Positions 1 to 11,550 are shown, counted from the stretch's first letter. The stretch: 64,000 nt of DNA from Alphaproteobacteria bacterium (GCA_965243135.1 OZ251539.1:1600001-1664000); one strand, 5' to 3'. The notes: generated by a model not told the origin, from the sequence alone. Numbers and translations are program-made.

Positions 1-600
1 CGAATCGCCGCGGCCGTGGATCTGCCCGTCACCGCCGACCTCGAAGCCGGATACGGCGCGGCCCCCGAAGCGGTCGCCGAGACGGTCCGCGAGGCGCTGC
101 GGGCCGGCGCGGTCGGCGCCAACGTGGAGGACAGCGTGGCGGGCACGGCCGAACTGCTGGAATTCGAGCTGTCGGTGGACCGCATCCGGGCGGGGAGGGC
201 GGCCGCGGAGGAGGCTGGCGTTCCCTTCGTCATCAACGCGAGGACCGACGGATTCCACGGCGGCGTCGACGACCCGTTCGCCGAAACCGTCCGCCGCGCC
301 AACGCCTATCTCGAAGCCGGCGCCGGATGCGCGTTCGTGCCCTTCGTCCGCGACGCCGCGACCATCGCCCGGCTGGTCGAAGCCGTCGAAGGTCCGGTGA
401 ACATTCTCGCGGGCGCATTGTCGCCGACGCTGCCCGAGTTGCAGGAGTTGGGCGTCGCCCGCGTCAGCATCGGCGGCCTCTTTTCGCTGATGGCCTACTC
501 GCGCGTCCGCGAAGCCTGCCGCGAACTCGGCGGGACGGGCGGGTACGGCTGGGCGAAGGATCTCATTCTGCATCCGGAGATGAACGACCTCATGTCGTAG
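1..600 (+). CDS. Isocitrate lyase/PEP mutase superfamily protein (5' truncated by window)
   Basis: Frame open from base 1; LPVTADLEAGYG, GANVED, FVINARTD, RANAYLEAGA motifs; no KxCGH loop. Confidence 0.85.
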   Translation, partial: RIAAAVDLPVTADLEAGYGAAPEAVAETVREALRAGAVGANVEDSVAGTAELLEFELSVDRIRAGRAAAEEAGVPFVINARTDGFHGGVDDPFAETVRRANAYLEAGAGCAFVPFVRDAATIARLVEAVEGPVNILAGALSPTLPELQELGVARVSIGGLFSLMAYSRVREACRELGGTGGYGWAKDLILHPEMNDLMS

Positions 601-917
601 TCGTTCCCGGCCGCGTCGGCGCCTCGCGCCGTTCGTTTCACGGGGGTCTCCCGCTGAGCGGCGCCCTGTGCCGCAGGTCAGGCGGCGACTGCAAGAAGAC
701 GGAAATAAAGTCAGGCCGAACCATTCCTGGCGGCGCAAAGGCAGTCGAGGCGTCGAGGCCGCTGGAGAGGATCGACCGGCGACCGCGGCGCTGGGCGGAC
801 GCTGCGTATTCGAACGTCGAAAAATTTTCCTCGTTTTCAGGCGCGTAAATCGCCGGGAAATACCCCTTTCGTCCCGCGCAGCGTATCCCGGACCGCGCTC
901 GACGAAGTTCGTCCCTT

Positions 918-2606
918 TCATTCCGGCCGCGCCCGTTCCGCCAGCGCGCGAGCGCGGATTTCGGCGAGCGTCGAGGTCGGCAGAACCGCCTCCGGGTCCA
1001 TCGCGAGCTCGATCAACGCGGGACCGCCCGCGCCGCGGGCGCGCTCGAACGCCGGCGCGAACTCCTCCGTGCGCCGCACGGTCTCGCCGTGGGCGCCGTA
1101 GGAACGGGCCAGCGCCGCGAAATCCGGGTTCGCGAGGTCGGTGCCGGAGGTCCGCCCGGGATAGTGGCGTTCCTGGTGCATGCGGATGGTGCCGTAGATG
1201 CCGTTGTTGACGACGATGAAGACGACCGCGACGTTCTGCTGCGCGGCGGTCGCGAGTTCCTGTCCGTTCATGAGGAAGCAGCCGTCGCCGCTGACGGAGA
1301 CGACGACTCGGTCGGGATGCCGGATGGCCGCGGCGACGCCGGCCGGCACGCCGTAGCCCATGGCTCCCGATTGCGGAGCCAGCTGGGTGCCGTAGCGCTT
1401 GTAGCGGAAGAAGCGGTGCACCCAGATCGAAAAGTTGCCCGCGCCGTTCGCGACCACCGCGTTCTCGGGAAGGGTGTCGCTCAGCCACGCGACGATCGCC
1501 GAATAGTTGACCGCTCCCGGCATGCCGCCCGCCGTGGAAAAGGCGAGGTAATCGGCTCGCGCGGACTTCGTCCATTCCGCCCTGTCCCCCCTGGACGGGG
1601 CCAGCGCCCGCGCCGCGGCGCAGAACTCCGCCATGCCCGCGTTGATGGCGAGGTCGGCCTGATAGACCTTGCCCAGTTCGCCGACCCCGGCCGCGACGTG
1701 GACGAAGCGCTGCCGCGGCTTGGGGAACGTGAAGTAGGCGTAGCCGCCGCTGACGATCTCGCCGAGTTGCGGTCCGACCGCCACCAGCAGGTCGGTCTCG
1801 TCGAGGCGCGTCTTCAGCTTCGGATCGATGCCGAGTCCGACCACGCCCGCGTAGTTCGGGCGGCGGTTGTCGAACAGGTCCTGGCGGCGGAAGGCCGCGG
1901 CGACGGGCAGGTCGAAGGCCTCGGCGAACGCCTGCAGGTCGTCGCAGGCGCCGGCGGACCAACCGCCGCCGCCGACCAGAAGCAGCGGCCGCCGGGCGGT
2001 TTCGAGCATGTCGCGCAACCGATCCATGTCGCCGGCGCCGGGATGCGCCTGGACCGGGCGAAAGGGCGCGCCGTCCGCCGCGCCCGTCCGTTCGGTCTGC
2101 ATGTCCTCCGGAAGCGCGAGGACGACCGGGCCCGGCCGCCCCGACGTCGCGACCTGAAACGCCCGTCCGACCATTTCCGGAATGCGCGCCGGATCGTCGA
2201 TTTGCGCCACCCACTTGGTCAACTGGCCGAACATCCGCCGGAAATCCACCTCCTGGAAGGCTTCCCGCTCGGCCATGCCGCGCGCCACCTGCCCGACGAA
2301 CAGGATCAGCGGAGTCGAATCCTGGCGGGCGGTGTGAAGTCCGATGGAGGCGTTCGCGGCGCCGGGTCCGCGGGTCGCGAACGCTATGCCGGGGCGGCCC
2401 GTCATCTTGCCCCACGCTTCCGCCATGTTCGTCGCGCCGCCTTCCTGGCGGCATGCGACGAGGCGGATCGAATCGCGGACGTCGTGAAACGCGTCGAGCG
2501 TCGCGAGGTAGCTCTCGCCCGGCACGCAGAAGACCGTGTCGACGCCGTGCAGCCGCAGGCAGTCGACCAGAATCTGGCCTCCGGTGCGAAGGTTGGAGCT
2601 GTACAC
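918..2606 (-). CDS. Thiamine diphosphate-dependent enzyme (acetolactate synthase large subunit-like)
   Basis: C-terminal part of the 918..4829 ORF; TGGQILV, VPGESYL, CRQEGGA, GDGCFLM...NNG ThDP motif; GTG start inferred at 2606. Confidence 0.88.
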   Translation of the reverse strand: MYSSNLRTGGQILVDCLRLHGVDTVFCVPGESYLATLDAFHDVRDSIRLVACRQEGGATNMAEAWGKMTGRPGIAFATRGPGAANASIGLHTARQDSTPLILFVGQVARGMAEREAFQEVDFRRMFGQLTKWVAQIDDPARIPEMVGRAFQVATSGRPGPVVLALPEDMQTERTGAADGAPFRPVQAHPGAGDMDRLRDMLETARRPLLLVGGGGWSAGACDDLQAFAEAFDLPVAAAFRRQDLFDNRRPNYAGVVGLGIDPKLKTRLDETDLLVAVGPQLGEIVSGGYAYFTFPKPRQRFVHVAAGVGELGKVYQADLAINAGMAEFCAAARALAPSRGDRAEWTKSARADYLAFSTAGGMPGAVNYSAIVAWLSDTLPENAVVANGAGNFSIWVHRFFRYKRYGTQLAPQSGAMGYGVPAGVAAAIRHPDRVVVSVSGDGCFLMNGQELATAAQQNVAVVFIVVNNGIYGTIRMHQERHYPGRTSGTDLANPDFAALARSYGAHGETVRRTEEFAPAFERARGAGGPALIELAMDPEAVLPTSTLAEIRARALAERARPE

Positions 2607-2608
2607 GG

Positions 2609-3253
2609 CTATATGAACTCGTCCAGAAACACGGTGTATTTCTGCCGCCGGGGCTTGTTCCGGTCCTCGTCGCGGACGTAAGCGATCGAGGATCGTCCCT
2701 GATAGGCTCGCGGCAGGATCATGACGCGGCAGAAATTGCCGGGCTTGTCGTCGGGCGCGTAAGCCAGCACCGGTTCGGGGCCCGACTCGAACCAGGACTG
2801 GCCGGGCAGGATGCGGCGAGTCTCGCCGCCCGTCTCGACGGTCAGCTCGCCCTCGAGGAGGCGCCGTATGCCGGGGCCCGCGTGGACGTGCGCGTAGGCG
2901 ACGCCCCCAGGCGGGATGTCCACGCGGTCGCAGCGCATCAGGTAGGCTTCCCCGGGATCCAGATCGACGTCCGCCGAAGACGCGCAGGACGACGACATCC
3001 CGTCGCCGGTCGCCGCGGTTTCCCCTGCCGCCGCCGGGGCGAACTCGTAGCGCAACAATCGCGCGCCGCTTCGCGACGAAACCTCGACCCCGCCCGCGCC
3101 GTGCCAGGCTGAATTCGCGCTCAGGGTCGCCGCGCCGCCGGCGGCGCGAAACGACGCCATCCCTTCCGCCACGTATACCGCGCGGACGGCGGGCGGGAGG
3201 GCGGAGGCGCCGCCGGCCGTCAGAACATCCTCGTAGAGCCGCAGAACGTTCAT
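2609..3253 (-). CDS. Cupin-domain protein
   Basis: [16 protein letters not shown]...PGQSWFE cupin motif; GGAGGAAGGA upstream; ends 2 bp before the ThDP enzyme start. Confidence 0.8.
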   Translation of the reverse strand: MNVLRLYEDVLTAGGASALPPAVRAVYVAEGMASFRAAGGAATLSANSAWHGAGGVEVSSRSGARLLRYEFAPAAAGETAATGDGMSSSCASSADVDLDPGEAYLMRCDRVDIPPGGVAYAHVHAGPGIRRLLEGELTVETGGETRRILPGQSWFESGPEPVLAYAPDDKPGNFCRVMILPRAYQGRSSIAYVRDEDRNKPRRQKYTVFLDEFI

Positions 3254-3321
3254 CGTCCTTCCTCCGTTGCGAATTCAGCCTATCGCGCCGGACGCAGGCC
3301 GGCAATTCGGGCCGCACCTCG

Positions 3322-3349
3322 TTGACGCGGGCGAGCGCGCGGCTATCAT
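3322..3349 (+). promoter_or_regulatory. Putative sigma70 promoter of prpDBC
   Basis: TTGACG-N16-TATCAT. Confidence 0.55.
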
Positions 3350-3380
3350 GCGGCCCCCGCCAACCGCCTCCGGATACGCC

Positions 3381-4883
3381 GTGAAGAACCACACCGTCAG
3401 AGTCTGCCCCTCGAAGCGGCTCCTGCCGCGGGAAGATCAACTCGCCTGGAAGATCGCCGCGGTCGCCGCGGACGAGGCGGAGGTCGAAAGCGACGTCGCC
3501 GAAATGATCGTCAACCGGATCATCGACAACGCCGCGGTGGCGGCGGCGGCGCTGAACCGAAGCCCCGTCGCGAACGCCAGGGCCATGGCGATCTGCCATC
3601 CGCGCGACGGGGGCGCGACGGTGTTCGGCATGCCGGGGGCAGAGCGCTTCAGCGCCGAGTGGGCCGCCTGGGCGAACGGAACGGCGGTGCGCGAACTCGA
3701 CTTTCACGACACGTTCCTCGCCGCGGATTATTCGCATCCTGGCGACAACATCCCGCCGATTCTGGCCGTCGCGCAGCAAAAGGGCCGCGACGGCCGCGAC
3801 CTCCTCCGGGGCATCGCCGCCGCCTACGAAATCCAGGTCGATCTCGTGAAAGGGATATGCCTGCATGCGCACAAGATCGATCACATCGCGCATATCGGTC
3901 CGTCGGCCGCCGCCGGAATCGGCGCCTTGCTCGGCCTCGACCCCGGCGTCGTCTACCAAGCGGTCCAGCAGGGGCTGCACGTGACCTGCACCACGCGGCA
4001 GTCCCGGAAGGGCGAGATTTCGAGCTGGAAGGCCTACGCGCCGGCGCACGCCGGCAAGCTCGCCGTCGAGGCAGTGGATCGCTGCATGCGCGGGGAGGGA
4101 GCCCCGTCGCCCATATACGAGGGCGAGGACGGCGTGATCGCGTGGATGCTCGACGGACCCGACGCCGAGTATTCGGTGCCGCTGCCGGAACCCGGCGAGC
4201 CCAAGCGCGCGATTCTCGAGACTTACACCAAGGAGCACTCCGCGGAATACCAGAGCCAGGCCTTGATCGATCTCGGCCGCAGGATGGGCTCCCGGATCGA
4301 CGACTTCGACGCCGTCGAAAGCGTCGTCATCCACACCAGCCACCATACCCACTACGTGATCGGAACCGGCGCCGGCGATCCGCAGAAGATGGACCCGGAA
4401 GCGAGCAGGGAAACGCTCGATCACTCGATAATGTACATTTTCGCGGTGGCGCTTCAGGATCGCGCCTGGCATCATGTCGATTCCTACGCGCCGGAACGGG
4501 CGCGGCGACCGGACACCGTCCGGTTGTGGCGGAAGGTTTCGACGGCCGAGGATCCCGAATGGACCGCCCGTTACCACGATCCGGACCCGGCGAGGCGCGC
4601 CTTCGGGGGCCGGGTCGTGATCGCCATGAAGGACGGTTCGAAGCTGGAGGACGAGCTCGCGGTCGCCGACGCCCATCCCGCCGGCGCCCGTCCGTTCGTC
4701 AGGGAAAACTACGTAAACAAGTTCAAGATCCTGACGGAAGGCATTGTTTCCGAAAGCGAACGAGATCGCTTTCTCGACGCGGTGCAACGCCTGCCCGAAC
4801 TTGGAGCGGCGGAACTCGGCGGCCTGCATTTGACCTCGGGTTCGCTCGAGAACGCGGTTCGCGACGACCGGGGAATCTTCTGA
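3381..4883 (+). CDS. prpD: 2-methylcitrate dehydratase (MmgE/PrpD family)
   Basis: [35 protein letters not shown]; GTG start inferred. Confidence 0.92.
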   Translation: MKNHTVRVCPSKRLLPREDQLAWKIAAVAADEAEVESDVAEMIVNRIIDNAAVAAAALNRSPVANARAMAICHPRDGGATVFGMPGAERFSAEWAAWANGTAVRELDFHDTFLAADYSHPGDNIPPILAVAQQKGRDGRDLLRGIAAAYEIQVDLVKGICLHAHKIDHIAHIGPSAAAGIGALLGLDPGVVYQAVQQGLHVTCTTRQSRKGEISSWKAYAPAHAGKLAVEAVDRCMRGEGAPSPIYEGEDGVIAWMLDGPDAEYSVPLPEPGEPKRAILETYTKEHSAEYQSQALIDLGRRMGSRIDDFDAVESVVIHTSHHTHYVIGTGAGDPQKMDPEASRETLDHSIMYIFAVALQDRAWHHVDSYAPERARRPDTVRLWRKVSTAEDPEWTARYHDPDPARRAFGGRVVIAMKDGSKLEDELAVADAHPAGARPFVRENYVNKFKILTEGIVSESERDRFLDAVQRLPELGAAELGGLHLTSGSLENAVRDDRGIF

Positions 4884-5779
4884 TGCTGTTCGCTCGCAAG
4901 GCCGCCGCGGAAAAGCGCGCCGATCTGCGCGCCGCGCTGGCGACCGGCCGGCTGCTGCAATTCCCGGGGGCGCATGCGCCGATCGTCGCCCTCGTCGTGC
5001 AGGAGCAGGAATTCGACGGGGTTTATATCTCCGGAGCGGCCCTTTCGGCGGAACTGGGGCTGCCCGACATCGGATTGACGAGCCTGACCGAGGTGGCCGG
5101 TCGGGGGCGCCAGATCGCCCGCGTGACCGATCTTCCGGCGCTCATCGACATCGACACGGGGTTCGGCGAACCGATGAACGCGGCCCGGACGGTGCGCGAA
5201 CTCGAGGAGTTGGGCCTTGCCGGCTGCCATCTGGAGGATCAGGTGAATCCCAAGCGGTGCGGCCATCTCGACAACAAAACCATCGTGCCGGCGCAGGAAA
5301 TGATCGGCAAAATCCGGGCCGCGACGGAGGCGAAGCGCGACCCGAATTTCCTGTTGATGGCTCGCACCGACGCGCGGGCGTCGGAGGGGCTCTCCGCCGC
5401 GATCGACCGCGCCAAGGCCTATGTCGACGCCGGGGCGGACGCGATCTTCCCGGAAGCGCTGCAGGAGACGGCGGAATACGAAGCGGTCCGGGAAGCGCTT
5501 CCGGGCGTGCCGTTGCTCGCCAACCTTACCGAGTTCGGCAAGACCCCGCTGCTGACGAAGAAGGAGTTGGAGGATCTTGGGTACAACATGGCCATCTATC
5601 CGGTCACCTCGCTGCGGCTCTCGATGAAGGCGGTCGAGGAGGGGCTGGCCGAACTGAAGCGTCGCGGCACCCAGAAGGACGCGGTGGACCGCATGCAGAC
5701 GCGCGAGCGGCTCTACGAACTCATTCGCTACGAGGCTTACAATCGGTTCGACCGGAGCGTCTACAACTTCAGGGTCTGA
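4883..5779 (+). CDS. prpB: 2-methylisocitrate lyase
   Basis: LGLPDIG, DIDTGFG, EDQVNPKRCGH; TGATG overlap with prpD. Confidence 0.95.
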   Translation: MLFARKAAAEKRADLRAALATGRLLQFPGAHAPIVALVVQEQEFDGVYISGAALSAELGLPDIGLTSLTEVAGRGRQIARVTDLPALIDIDTGFGEPMNAARTVRELEELGLAGCHLEDQVNPKRCGHLDNKTIVPAQEMIGKIRAATEAKRDPNFLLMARTDARASEGLSAAIDRAKAYVDAGADAIFPEALQETAEYEAVREALPGVPLLANLTEFGKTPLLTKKELEDLGYNMAIYPVTSLRLSMKAVEEGLAELKRRGTQKDAVDRMQTRERLYELIRYEAYNRFDRSVYNFRV

Positions 5780-5795
5780 AGCGGGGAGAACGATC

Positions 5796-6938
5796 ATGGC
5801 AGCTGGCGGGACGGCGAGCGCGGAACCGGAAATCCGCAAGGGGCTCGCGGGCGTGACCGTCGACACGACGGCCGTGTCCAAGGTAATGCCGGAAACCAAT
5901 TCGCTGACGTATCGCGGTTATCCGGTCCAGGAGCTCGCTGCGCATTGCAGTTTCGAGGAGGTGGCGTATCTGATATGGCACGGCGAGTTGCCTGATCGTC
6001 GGCAGTTGCGGGCGTTCCAAGCGAGCGAACGCGATCGCCGGGAGATCTCGCGCCCGCATCTCGAAGCGATTCGTTGCTTTCCCAAGACGGCGCATCCGAT
6101 GGACGCGTTGCGCACGGCCGTCAGTTACCTCGGCACCACCGAGACCGCTTGGGGCAGCGAGCCTCGCGAGCGCGATCTGGAGCGGGCGATGGACCTGCTC
6201 GCCAAGATTCCCACGATGATCGCGAGCGATTACCGCTTCCGGAGAGGGCTCCCGCGCAAGCGCCCGCGGGAAGAACTCGACATGTCGGAGAACTTCTTTC
6301 ACATGTGCTTCGGAAAGGTGCCGCCGAAGGAAGTGACCCGGGCGTTCAACACCTCGCTGATTCTCTACGCGGAACACAGCTTCAACGCCTCGACCTTCAC
6401 CGCGCGCGTCATCGCCTCGTCGCGTTCGGACATCTACAGCGCGGTGACCGGCGCCATCGGCTCGCTGAAGGGACCGCTCCACGGCGGCGCCAACGAAGCG
6501 GTCATGCACGACCTGCTTGAAATCGGCGCGCCCGACAGGGCGGAAGCCTGGCTGCGAAAGAAGTTCGAGAACCGCGAATTGGTCATGGGCTTCGGGCACC
6601 GCGTCTACAAGCAGGGCGACTCGCGCGTTCCCACGATGCGCGCGGCGCTGGAGGACCTTTCGGCCTGGAAAGGCGACGCCAACTGGATCGAAATCTCCGA
6701 CATCCTGCAGAACATCATGATTGGCGAAAAGGGCATTCATCCAAACCTCGATTTTCCCACCGGTCCCGCCTACCATCTGATGGGCTTCGAGATCGAGATG
6801 TTCACGCCGATTTTCGTGATGAGCCGCATCACCGGCTGGGCGGCGCACGTTCTCGAGCAGAATGCCGACAACAGCCTGATCCGACCGCTCAGCGCCTATG
6901 GCGGCGTCGATCAGCGCACGGTCGTTCCCCGGCGCTGA
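5796..6938 (+). CDS. prpC: 2-methylcitrate synthase
   Basis: [30 protein letters not shown]; follows prpB. Confidence 0.93.
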   Translation: MAAGGTASAEPEIRKGLAGVTVDTTAVSKVMPETNSLTYRGYPVQELAAHCSFEEVAYLIWHGELPDRRQLRAFQASERDRREISRPHLEAIRCFPKTAHPMDALRTAVSYLGTTETAWGSEPRERDLERAMDLLAKIPTMIASDYRFRRGLPRKRPREELDMSENFFHMCFGKVPPKEVTRAFNTSLILYAEHSFNASTFTARVIASSRSDIYSAVTGAIGSLKGPLHGGANEAVMHDLLEIGAPDRAEAWLRKKFENRELVMGFGHRVYKQGDSRVPTMRAALEDLSAWKGDANWIEISDILQNIMIGEKGIHPNLDFPTGPAYHLMGFEIEMFTPIFVMSRITGWAAHVLEQNADNSLIRPLSAYGGVDQRTVVPRR

Positions 6939-6975
6939 GCCGCGGATTTTTCAGGAAAAGAGGAAACCGATCGCC

Positions 6976-8283
6976 ATGCGCATGTCGCGCTTTTTTCTCC
7001 CCACGCTCAAGGACGACCCCTCCGAAGCGCAGATCGTTTCGCATCGGCTGATGCTGCGCGCCGGCATGATCCGCCAGGCCAGCGCCGGGATCTATTCCTG
7101 GCTGCCGCTGGGTTTTCGCGTTCTGAAGAACATCGAGCGGATCGTGCGCGAGGAGCAGGATGCGGCGGGATGCCAGGAAATCCTCATGCCGACCATCCAG
7201 CCGGCCGAGCTGTGGCGGGAAAGCGGCCGCTACGACGAGTACGGGGCCGAAATGCTGCGGATCAGCGACCGCCACGACCGGGAGATGTTGTACGGGCCGA
7301 CCAACGAGGAACTCGTCACCGAAATCGCCCGTTCCCACCTCCGGAGCTACAAGGATCTCCCCAAACTTCTCTACCATATCCAGTGGAAGTTCCGGGACGA
7401 GATGCGGCCGCGTTTCGGAGTGATGCGCGGTCGCGAGTTCTTGATGAAGGACGCGTATTCGTTCGATTTGGATTCCGCCGGCGCGCGGGCGGCGTACAAC
7501 AAAATGTTCGTCGCATATCTGCGCACCTTCGCGCGGATGGGCCTCAAGGCGATCCCGATGGCGGCCGACACGGGACCCATCGGCGGCGACCTCAGCCACG
7601 AATTCATAATCCTCGCGGATACGGGCGAAAGCGCCGTGTACTGCCATCGCGACTTGCTCGATTTCGACGTTCTCGATCAGGATTACGACGCGGATCTGCA
7701 GCCCGTCGTGGATCGCTGGACCGGCCTCTACGCCGCCACCGACGAAAAGCACCGGCCGGCGGAGGCGGAACGGCTCGGCGACGCGCTCATCAGCGCGCGC
7801 GGCATAGAGGTCGGCCATATCTTCTATTTCGGGACCAAGTACTCGAAATCCATGGGAGCTTCGGTTGCGGGGCCTGACGGGGAACGGGTCTTCCTGGAAA
7901 TGGGATCGTACGGCATCGGAGTGTCGCGGCTCGTCGGGGCGCTCATCGAGGCGTTTCACGACGAGAACGGCGTAATCTGGCCCGAGAGCGTAGCGCCGTT
8001 CGGCGCCGGCATCGTCAATCTCAGAGCGGGCGACGACGCCTGCGACGCGGCTTGCGGCGACCTTTACGACAGGCTCCGCGCCGCCGGAAGGGATCCGCTT
8101 TACGACGACCGCGACGAGCGGGCCGGCGCGAAGTTCGCCGACATGGATCTGATCGGGGTGCCGTGGCAACTCGTCGTCGGTCCCCGCGGAATCGCGAACG
8201 GCGTCGTCGAATTGAAACGGCGCGCCGACGGCGAACGCCAGGAGGTCTCCGTCGAATCGGCTCTTTCCCGGCTGACCGGATGA
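6976..8283 (+). CDS. proS: Proline--tRNA ligase (short alphaproteobacterial type)
   Basis: [49 protein letters not shown]. Confidence 0.97.
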   Translation: MRMSRFFLPTLKDDPSEAQIVSHRLMLRAGMIRQASAGIYSWLPLGFRVLKNIERIVREEQDAAGCQEILMPTIQPAELWRESGRYDEYGAEMLRISDRHDREMLYGPTNEELVTEIARSHLRSYKDLPKLLYHIQWKFRDEMRPRFGVMRGREFLMKDAYSFDLDSAGARAAYNKMFVAYLRTFARMGLKAIPMAADTGPIGGDLSHEFIILADTGESAVYCHRDLLDFDVLDQDYDADLQPVVDRWTGLYAATDEKHRPAEAERLGDALISARGIEVGHIFYFGTKYSKSMGASVAGPDGERVFLEMGSYGIGVSRLVGALIEAFHDENGVIWPESVAPFGAGIVNLRAGDDACDAACGDLYDRLRAAGRDPLYDDRDERAGAKFADMDLIGVPWQLVVGPRGIANGVVELKRRADGERQEVSVESALSRLTG

Positions 8284-9530
8284 TCTTCGGCGCCTTCGAG
8301 CGCATGATCGCGCTGCGTTACCTGAGGGCGCGGCGGGAGGAGGGTTTCGTTTCCGTCATCGTCGGGTTCTCCTTCGCCGGCATCGCTCTGGGAGTCGCCA
8401 CGCTGATCATCGTCATGTCGGTGATGAACGGGTTCCGAGCCGAACTGATGCAACGAATCCTCGGCCTGAACGGCCATATCGGGGTGTACGATCCGCAGGG
8501 GCGCCCGCTGCCGGATTTCGAGACGCTGGCGGAGAAGATCGAGCGGATGGAAGGGGTATTGCGGGCGATCCCGACCGTCGAGGGGCAGGTGCTGGCGACC
8601 GCCAACGGGGTTGCCTCCGGCGCGGTCGTCAGAGGCGTCCGGGCGGACGACATTCGCGCGCGCGCGACGATCGCCGACAATATCAAGGCCGGCGCGCTCG
8701 ACGGCTTCGCGGGCAGGGGAAGCGTCATTGTCGGCACGAGGTTCGCCCGAAAGTTCGGCGTGTCGCCGGGCGACCGAATTCGGCTGATTTCTCCTCAGAC
8801 GGACGCCGCCGCGTTCGGTTCGGTGCCGCGTTCCCGGCGCTTCGCCGTTGCCGCCGTCTTCGAGGTCGGCATGTACGAATACGATTCCGCTTTCGTCTTC
8901 ATGCCGCTGGAGGCGGCCCAGGCGTATTTCCGGACCGGTACCGGAGTCACCAGCCTGGAAGTGTTTCTGGACGACCCGACCCGCGTGGACGCCGTCAAAC
9001 CGGAGATCCGGACGGCCGCCGGGCGTCGGGTGCGCCTGCTTGACTGGCAGCAGGCCAACGCGAGTTTCTTCAACGCGATCAAGGTCGAACGAAACGTCAT
9101 GTTCCTGATCTTGACGCTGATAATCCTGGTCGCCGCCTTCAACATCGTTTCCGGGCTGATCATGCTGGTGAAGGACAAGGGAAGGGACATCGCGATCCTG
9201 CGCACGATGGGAGCGACCCGCGGCATGGTCATGCGTATCTTTCTTCTCGCCGGCGCGGCGGTCGGGGTGGTCGGCACTGCGGCGGGCTTCGTTCTCGGCC
9301 TCGCGTTCGCGGACAATATCGAAGCCATTCGGCAGTGGCTCCAAGGGTTGACCGACACGGAGCTTTTCGCCGCCGAAATCTATTTTCTGTCGCAGCTGCC
9401 GTCCGTCGTTCACTTCGAGGACGTGGCCGGCGTCGTGGCGATGTCCCTCGGCCTGTCGTTTCTGGCGACGCTTTATCCCGCCTGGCGCGCCGCGCGCCTC
9501 GATCCCGTCGAGGCGCTGCGCTATGAGTGA
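8280..9530 (+). CDS. lolE: Lipoprotein-releasing ABC transporter permease (LolC/E family)
   Basis: [48 protein letters not shown]; ATGA overlap with proS. Confidence 0.93.
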   Translation: MIFGAFERMIALRYLRARREEGFVSVIVGFSFAGIALGVATLIIVMSVMNGFRAELMQRILGLNGHIGVYDPQGRPLPDFETLAEKIERMEGVLRAIPTVEGQVLATANGVASGAVVRGVRADDIRARATIADNIKAGALDGFAGRGSVIVGTRFARKFGVSPGDRIRLISPQTDAAAFGSVPRSRRFAVAAVFEVGMYEYDSAFVFMPLEAAQAYFRTGTGVTSLEVFLDDPTRVDAVKPEIRTAAGRRVRLLDWQQANASFFNAIKVERNVMFLILTLIILVAAFNIVSGLIMLVKDKGRDIAILRTMGATRGMVMRIFLLAGAAVGVVGTAAGFVLGLAFADNIEAIRQWLQGLTDTELFAAEIYFLSQLPSVVHFEDVAGVVAMSLGLSFLATLYPAWRAARLDPVEALRYE

Positions 9531-10209
9531 CGTCGTCCTCGCGCTGGACGGCATCGTGCGCACGTTCCGCCAGGCGGACAACGACCTGCAGGTTCTGCGC
9601 GGCGCGTCGCTCGACATCGCGGCCGGAGAAATCGTGGCGCTGGTCGGTCCGTCCGGAGCGGGGAAATCCACCTTGTTGCACATCGCGGGGCTGCTTGAAC
9701 GGCCCGACGAGGGCGAGGTTTACGTCGCGGGCGAACGTTGCAACGGCCTGTCGGACGACAGGCGGACCGGTCTCAGACGAACCTCGATCGGCTTCGTGTA
9801 TCAGTTCCACCACCTGCTGCCCGAATTCAGCGCGCTGGAAAACCTCGTTCTGCCCCAGATGATCGCCGGAAAGTCGAAATCCGTGGCCGGGAAAGAGGGG
9901 CGGCGCCTGTTGCGGCAGGTGGGGCTGTCGGAACGAGCGCGGCACCGACCGGCCCGCCTTTCGGGCGGCGAGCAGCAGCGGATCGCCATTGCCCGAGCGC
10001 TGGCGAACGAACCGAAACTGCTGATCGCCGACGAACCGACAGGCAATCTCGACCGGTCGACCGCGGAGCGCGTATTCGCGTTCCTGCTGGAACTGGTCAG
10101 GAGCACGGGCACGGCGGCGCTGGTCGCGACTCACAATCTGGATCTGGCCGACCGTTTGGACCGGACGCTGCTGCTGCGCGACGGCGAACTGGAATCCGCG
10201 GCGGGCTGA
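9523..10209 (+). CDS. lolD: Lipoprotein-releasing ABC transporter ATPase
   Basis: GPSGAGKST, YQFHHLLPEF, LSGGEQQR, ADEPTGNLD. Confidence 0.93.
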   Translation: MSDVVLALDGIVRTFRQADNDLQVLRGASLDIAAGEIVALVGPSGAGKSTLLHIAGLLERPDEGEVYVAGERCNGLSDDRRTGLRRTSIGFVYQFHHLLPEFSALENLVLPQMIAGKSKSVAGKEGRRLLRQVGLSERARHRPARLSGGEQQRIAIARALANEPKLLIADEPTGNLDRSTAERVFAFLLELVRSTGTAALVATHNLDLADRLDRTLLLRDGELESAAG

Positions 10210-10470
10210 GAGGTTCGGACGCGCGTTCGCGAAACGACCGAGCGTCGCGCGGTATGCGGCGAACGAGCCCTAACGCTCCGGGCCGCAGGCGCGGCTCTCG
10301 CGGACGGCGGAAGGCCGAGCCGATTCGGTTGACTTCAAGGGAGCGCGAAGCGCAGATTATGCGGTGCGCCATCGTCCGGGAGGGCTGGAAGCGGTCCGTG
10401 CGCGCGGTTTGCGAAGGCAGCCGACTTCGGCCGAACGGGATCCGGCGCCGTTGCAGGAGGAGAAGTTGTC

Positions 10471-11202
10471 ATGAAGATCGTTCTCGTTCACGGCGCGTGG
10501 CACTATGGCGAACTCTGGGAAGACGTGGCCGAACCCTTGCGAGCGGCCGGCCACGAGGTCCATGCTCCCACTCTTGCCGGCAACGGCAAGGGGGAAATCG
10601 ACCGCACGGTCGCGCATGCCGACGCTGTCCAGTCGGCCGTCGATTACGTGGATCGGAACGATCTTTCCGATTTCGTTCTGTTGGGACATTCCTACGGAGG
10701 CACGATCATCTCGAAGATGGCCGAAGCGATGCCCGCCCGAATTCGGCGGCTCGTGTACTGGAACGCCTTCGTGCTCGTCGACGGAGAATCGATCGACAGC
10801 GTGAGTCCGCCGCATTACGGTCAGTTGATGGATTCCATCGTCGCGTCGGGAGAGTACGGTCCCGGCGCGGTCAAGCTTCCGTTCCCCGTTTGGCGCGAAG
10901 CCTTCATGAACGACGCGCCGCTCGAGCTGGCGAACAAGACCTACGAGATGACGACTCCGCATCCGATCCGCACGTTGACGGACAGGCTGGAACTGAAGAC
11001 CTTCTACGATCTGCAAATTCCGAAATCATACATAAACTGCACCGAGGACATCGCGATGCCGCCCGGGGAATTTGCCTGGACCCCGCGATTTCCTTCCCGT
11101 CTGGGCTTGTGCCGTTTTCTGCAGATGCCCGGCGGCCACGAGGCGTGCTTCACGAACCCTGCGCTATTGGCGGAAAAAATCGTGGAGGCCTCCAGAGATT
11201 AG
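10471..11202 (+). CDS. Alpha/beta hydrolase (methylesterase/salicylate esterase-like)
   Basis: LVHGAWH, GHSYGG nucleophile elbow, GGHE; AGGAGG upstream. Confidence 0.88.
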   Translation: MKIVLVHGAWHYGELWEDVAEPLRAAGHEVHAPTLAGNGKGEIDRTVAHADAVQSAVDYVDRNDLSDFVLLGHSYGGTIISKMAEAMPARIRRLVYWNAFVLVDGESIDSVSPPHYGQLMDSIVASGEYGPGAVKLPFPVWREAFMNDAPLELANKTYEMTTPHPIRTLTDRLELKTFYDLQIPKSYINCTEDIAMPPGEFAWTPRFPSRLGLCRFLQMPGGHEACFTNPALLAEKIVEASRD

Positions 11203-11550
11203 TTCGAGCTTATCGTTTCCCGTTAACTCGGGAGCGGCGACGGGCGCCGCGCGTCGAAGCCGCAGTCTGGCGACGGTGCGCGTTGCGCGCGCCGGTCCGG
11301 CGACCGCCATGAAGACCCCCGACGAAGTTCTGCCGGGAGGAGCGCGACATCGTCGAGGTCGAGGCTGACGAAGGATTGGCCCGAGCTGCGAAGACAAGAC
11401 TTGCGGCGGAGGATGCGCTGCCAACGCGATCTTCGCGCAAGCGCTGCGCGGCCGGCAGCGCCCGGATTCCCCCTGGCTTCGCCGTCGGCGGCCGAAACCC
11501 GGCGGCGACGGGCGGGGCCGGCATTCGTAGTCGGGCAGTTGCGGTTTACG

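Noticed and set aside
601-917. Possible ncRNA or riboswitch in the ~317-bp convergent spacer (short inverted repeats)
   Set aside because: Only 7-8 bp stems and no recognisable Rfam motif; a cmscan would be needed
918-4829. 1303-aa ORF suggesting a giant fusion
   Set aside because: Only 918..2606 is a recognisable protein; the rest is the antisense shadow of prpD and an off-frame overlap of the cupin
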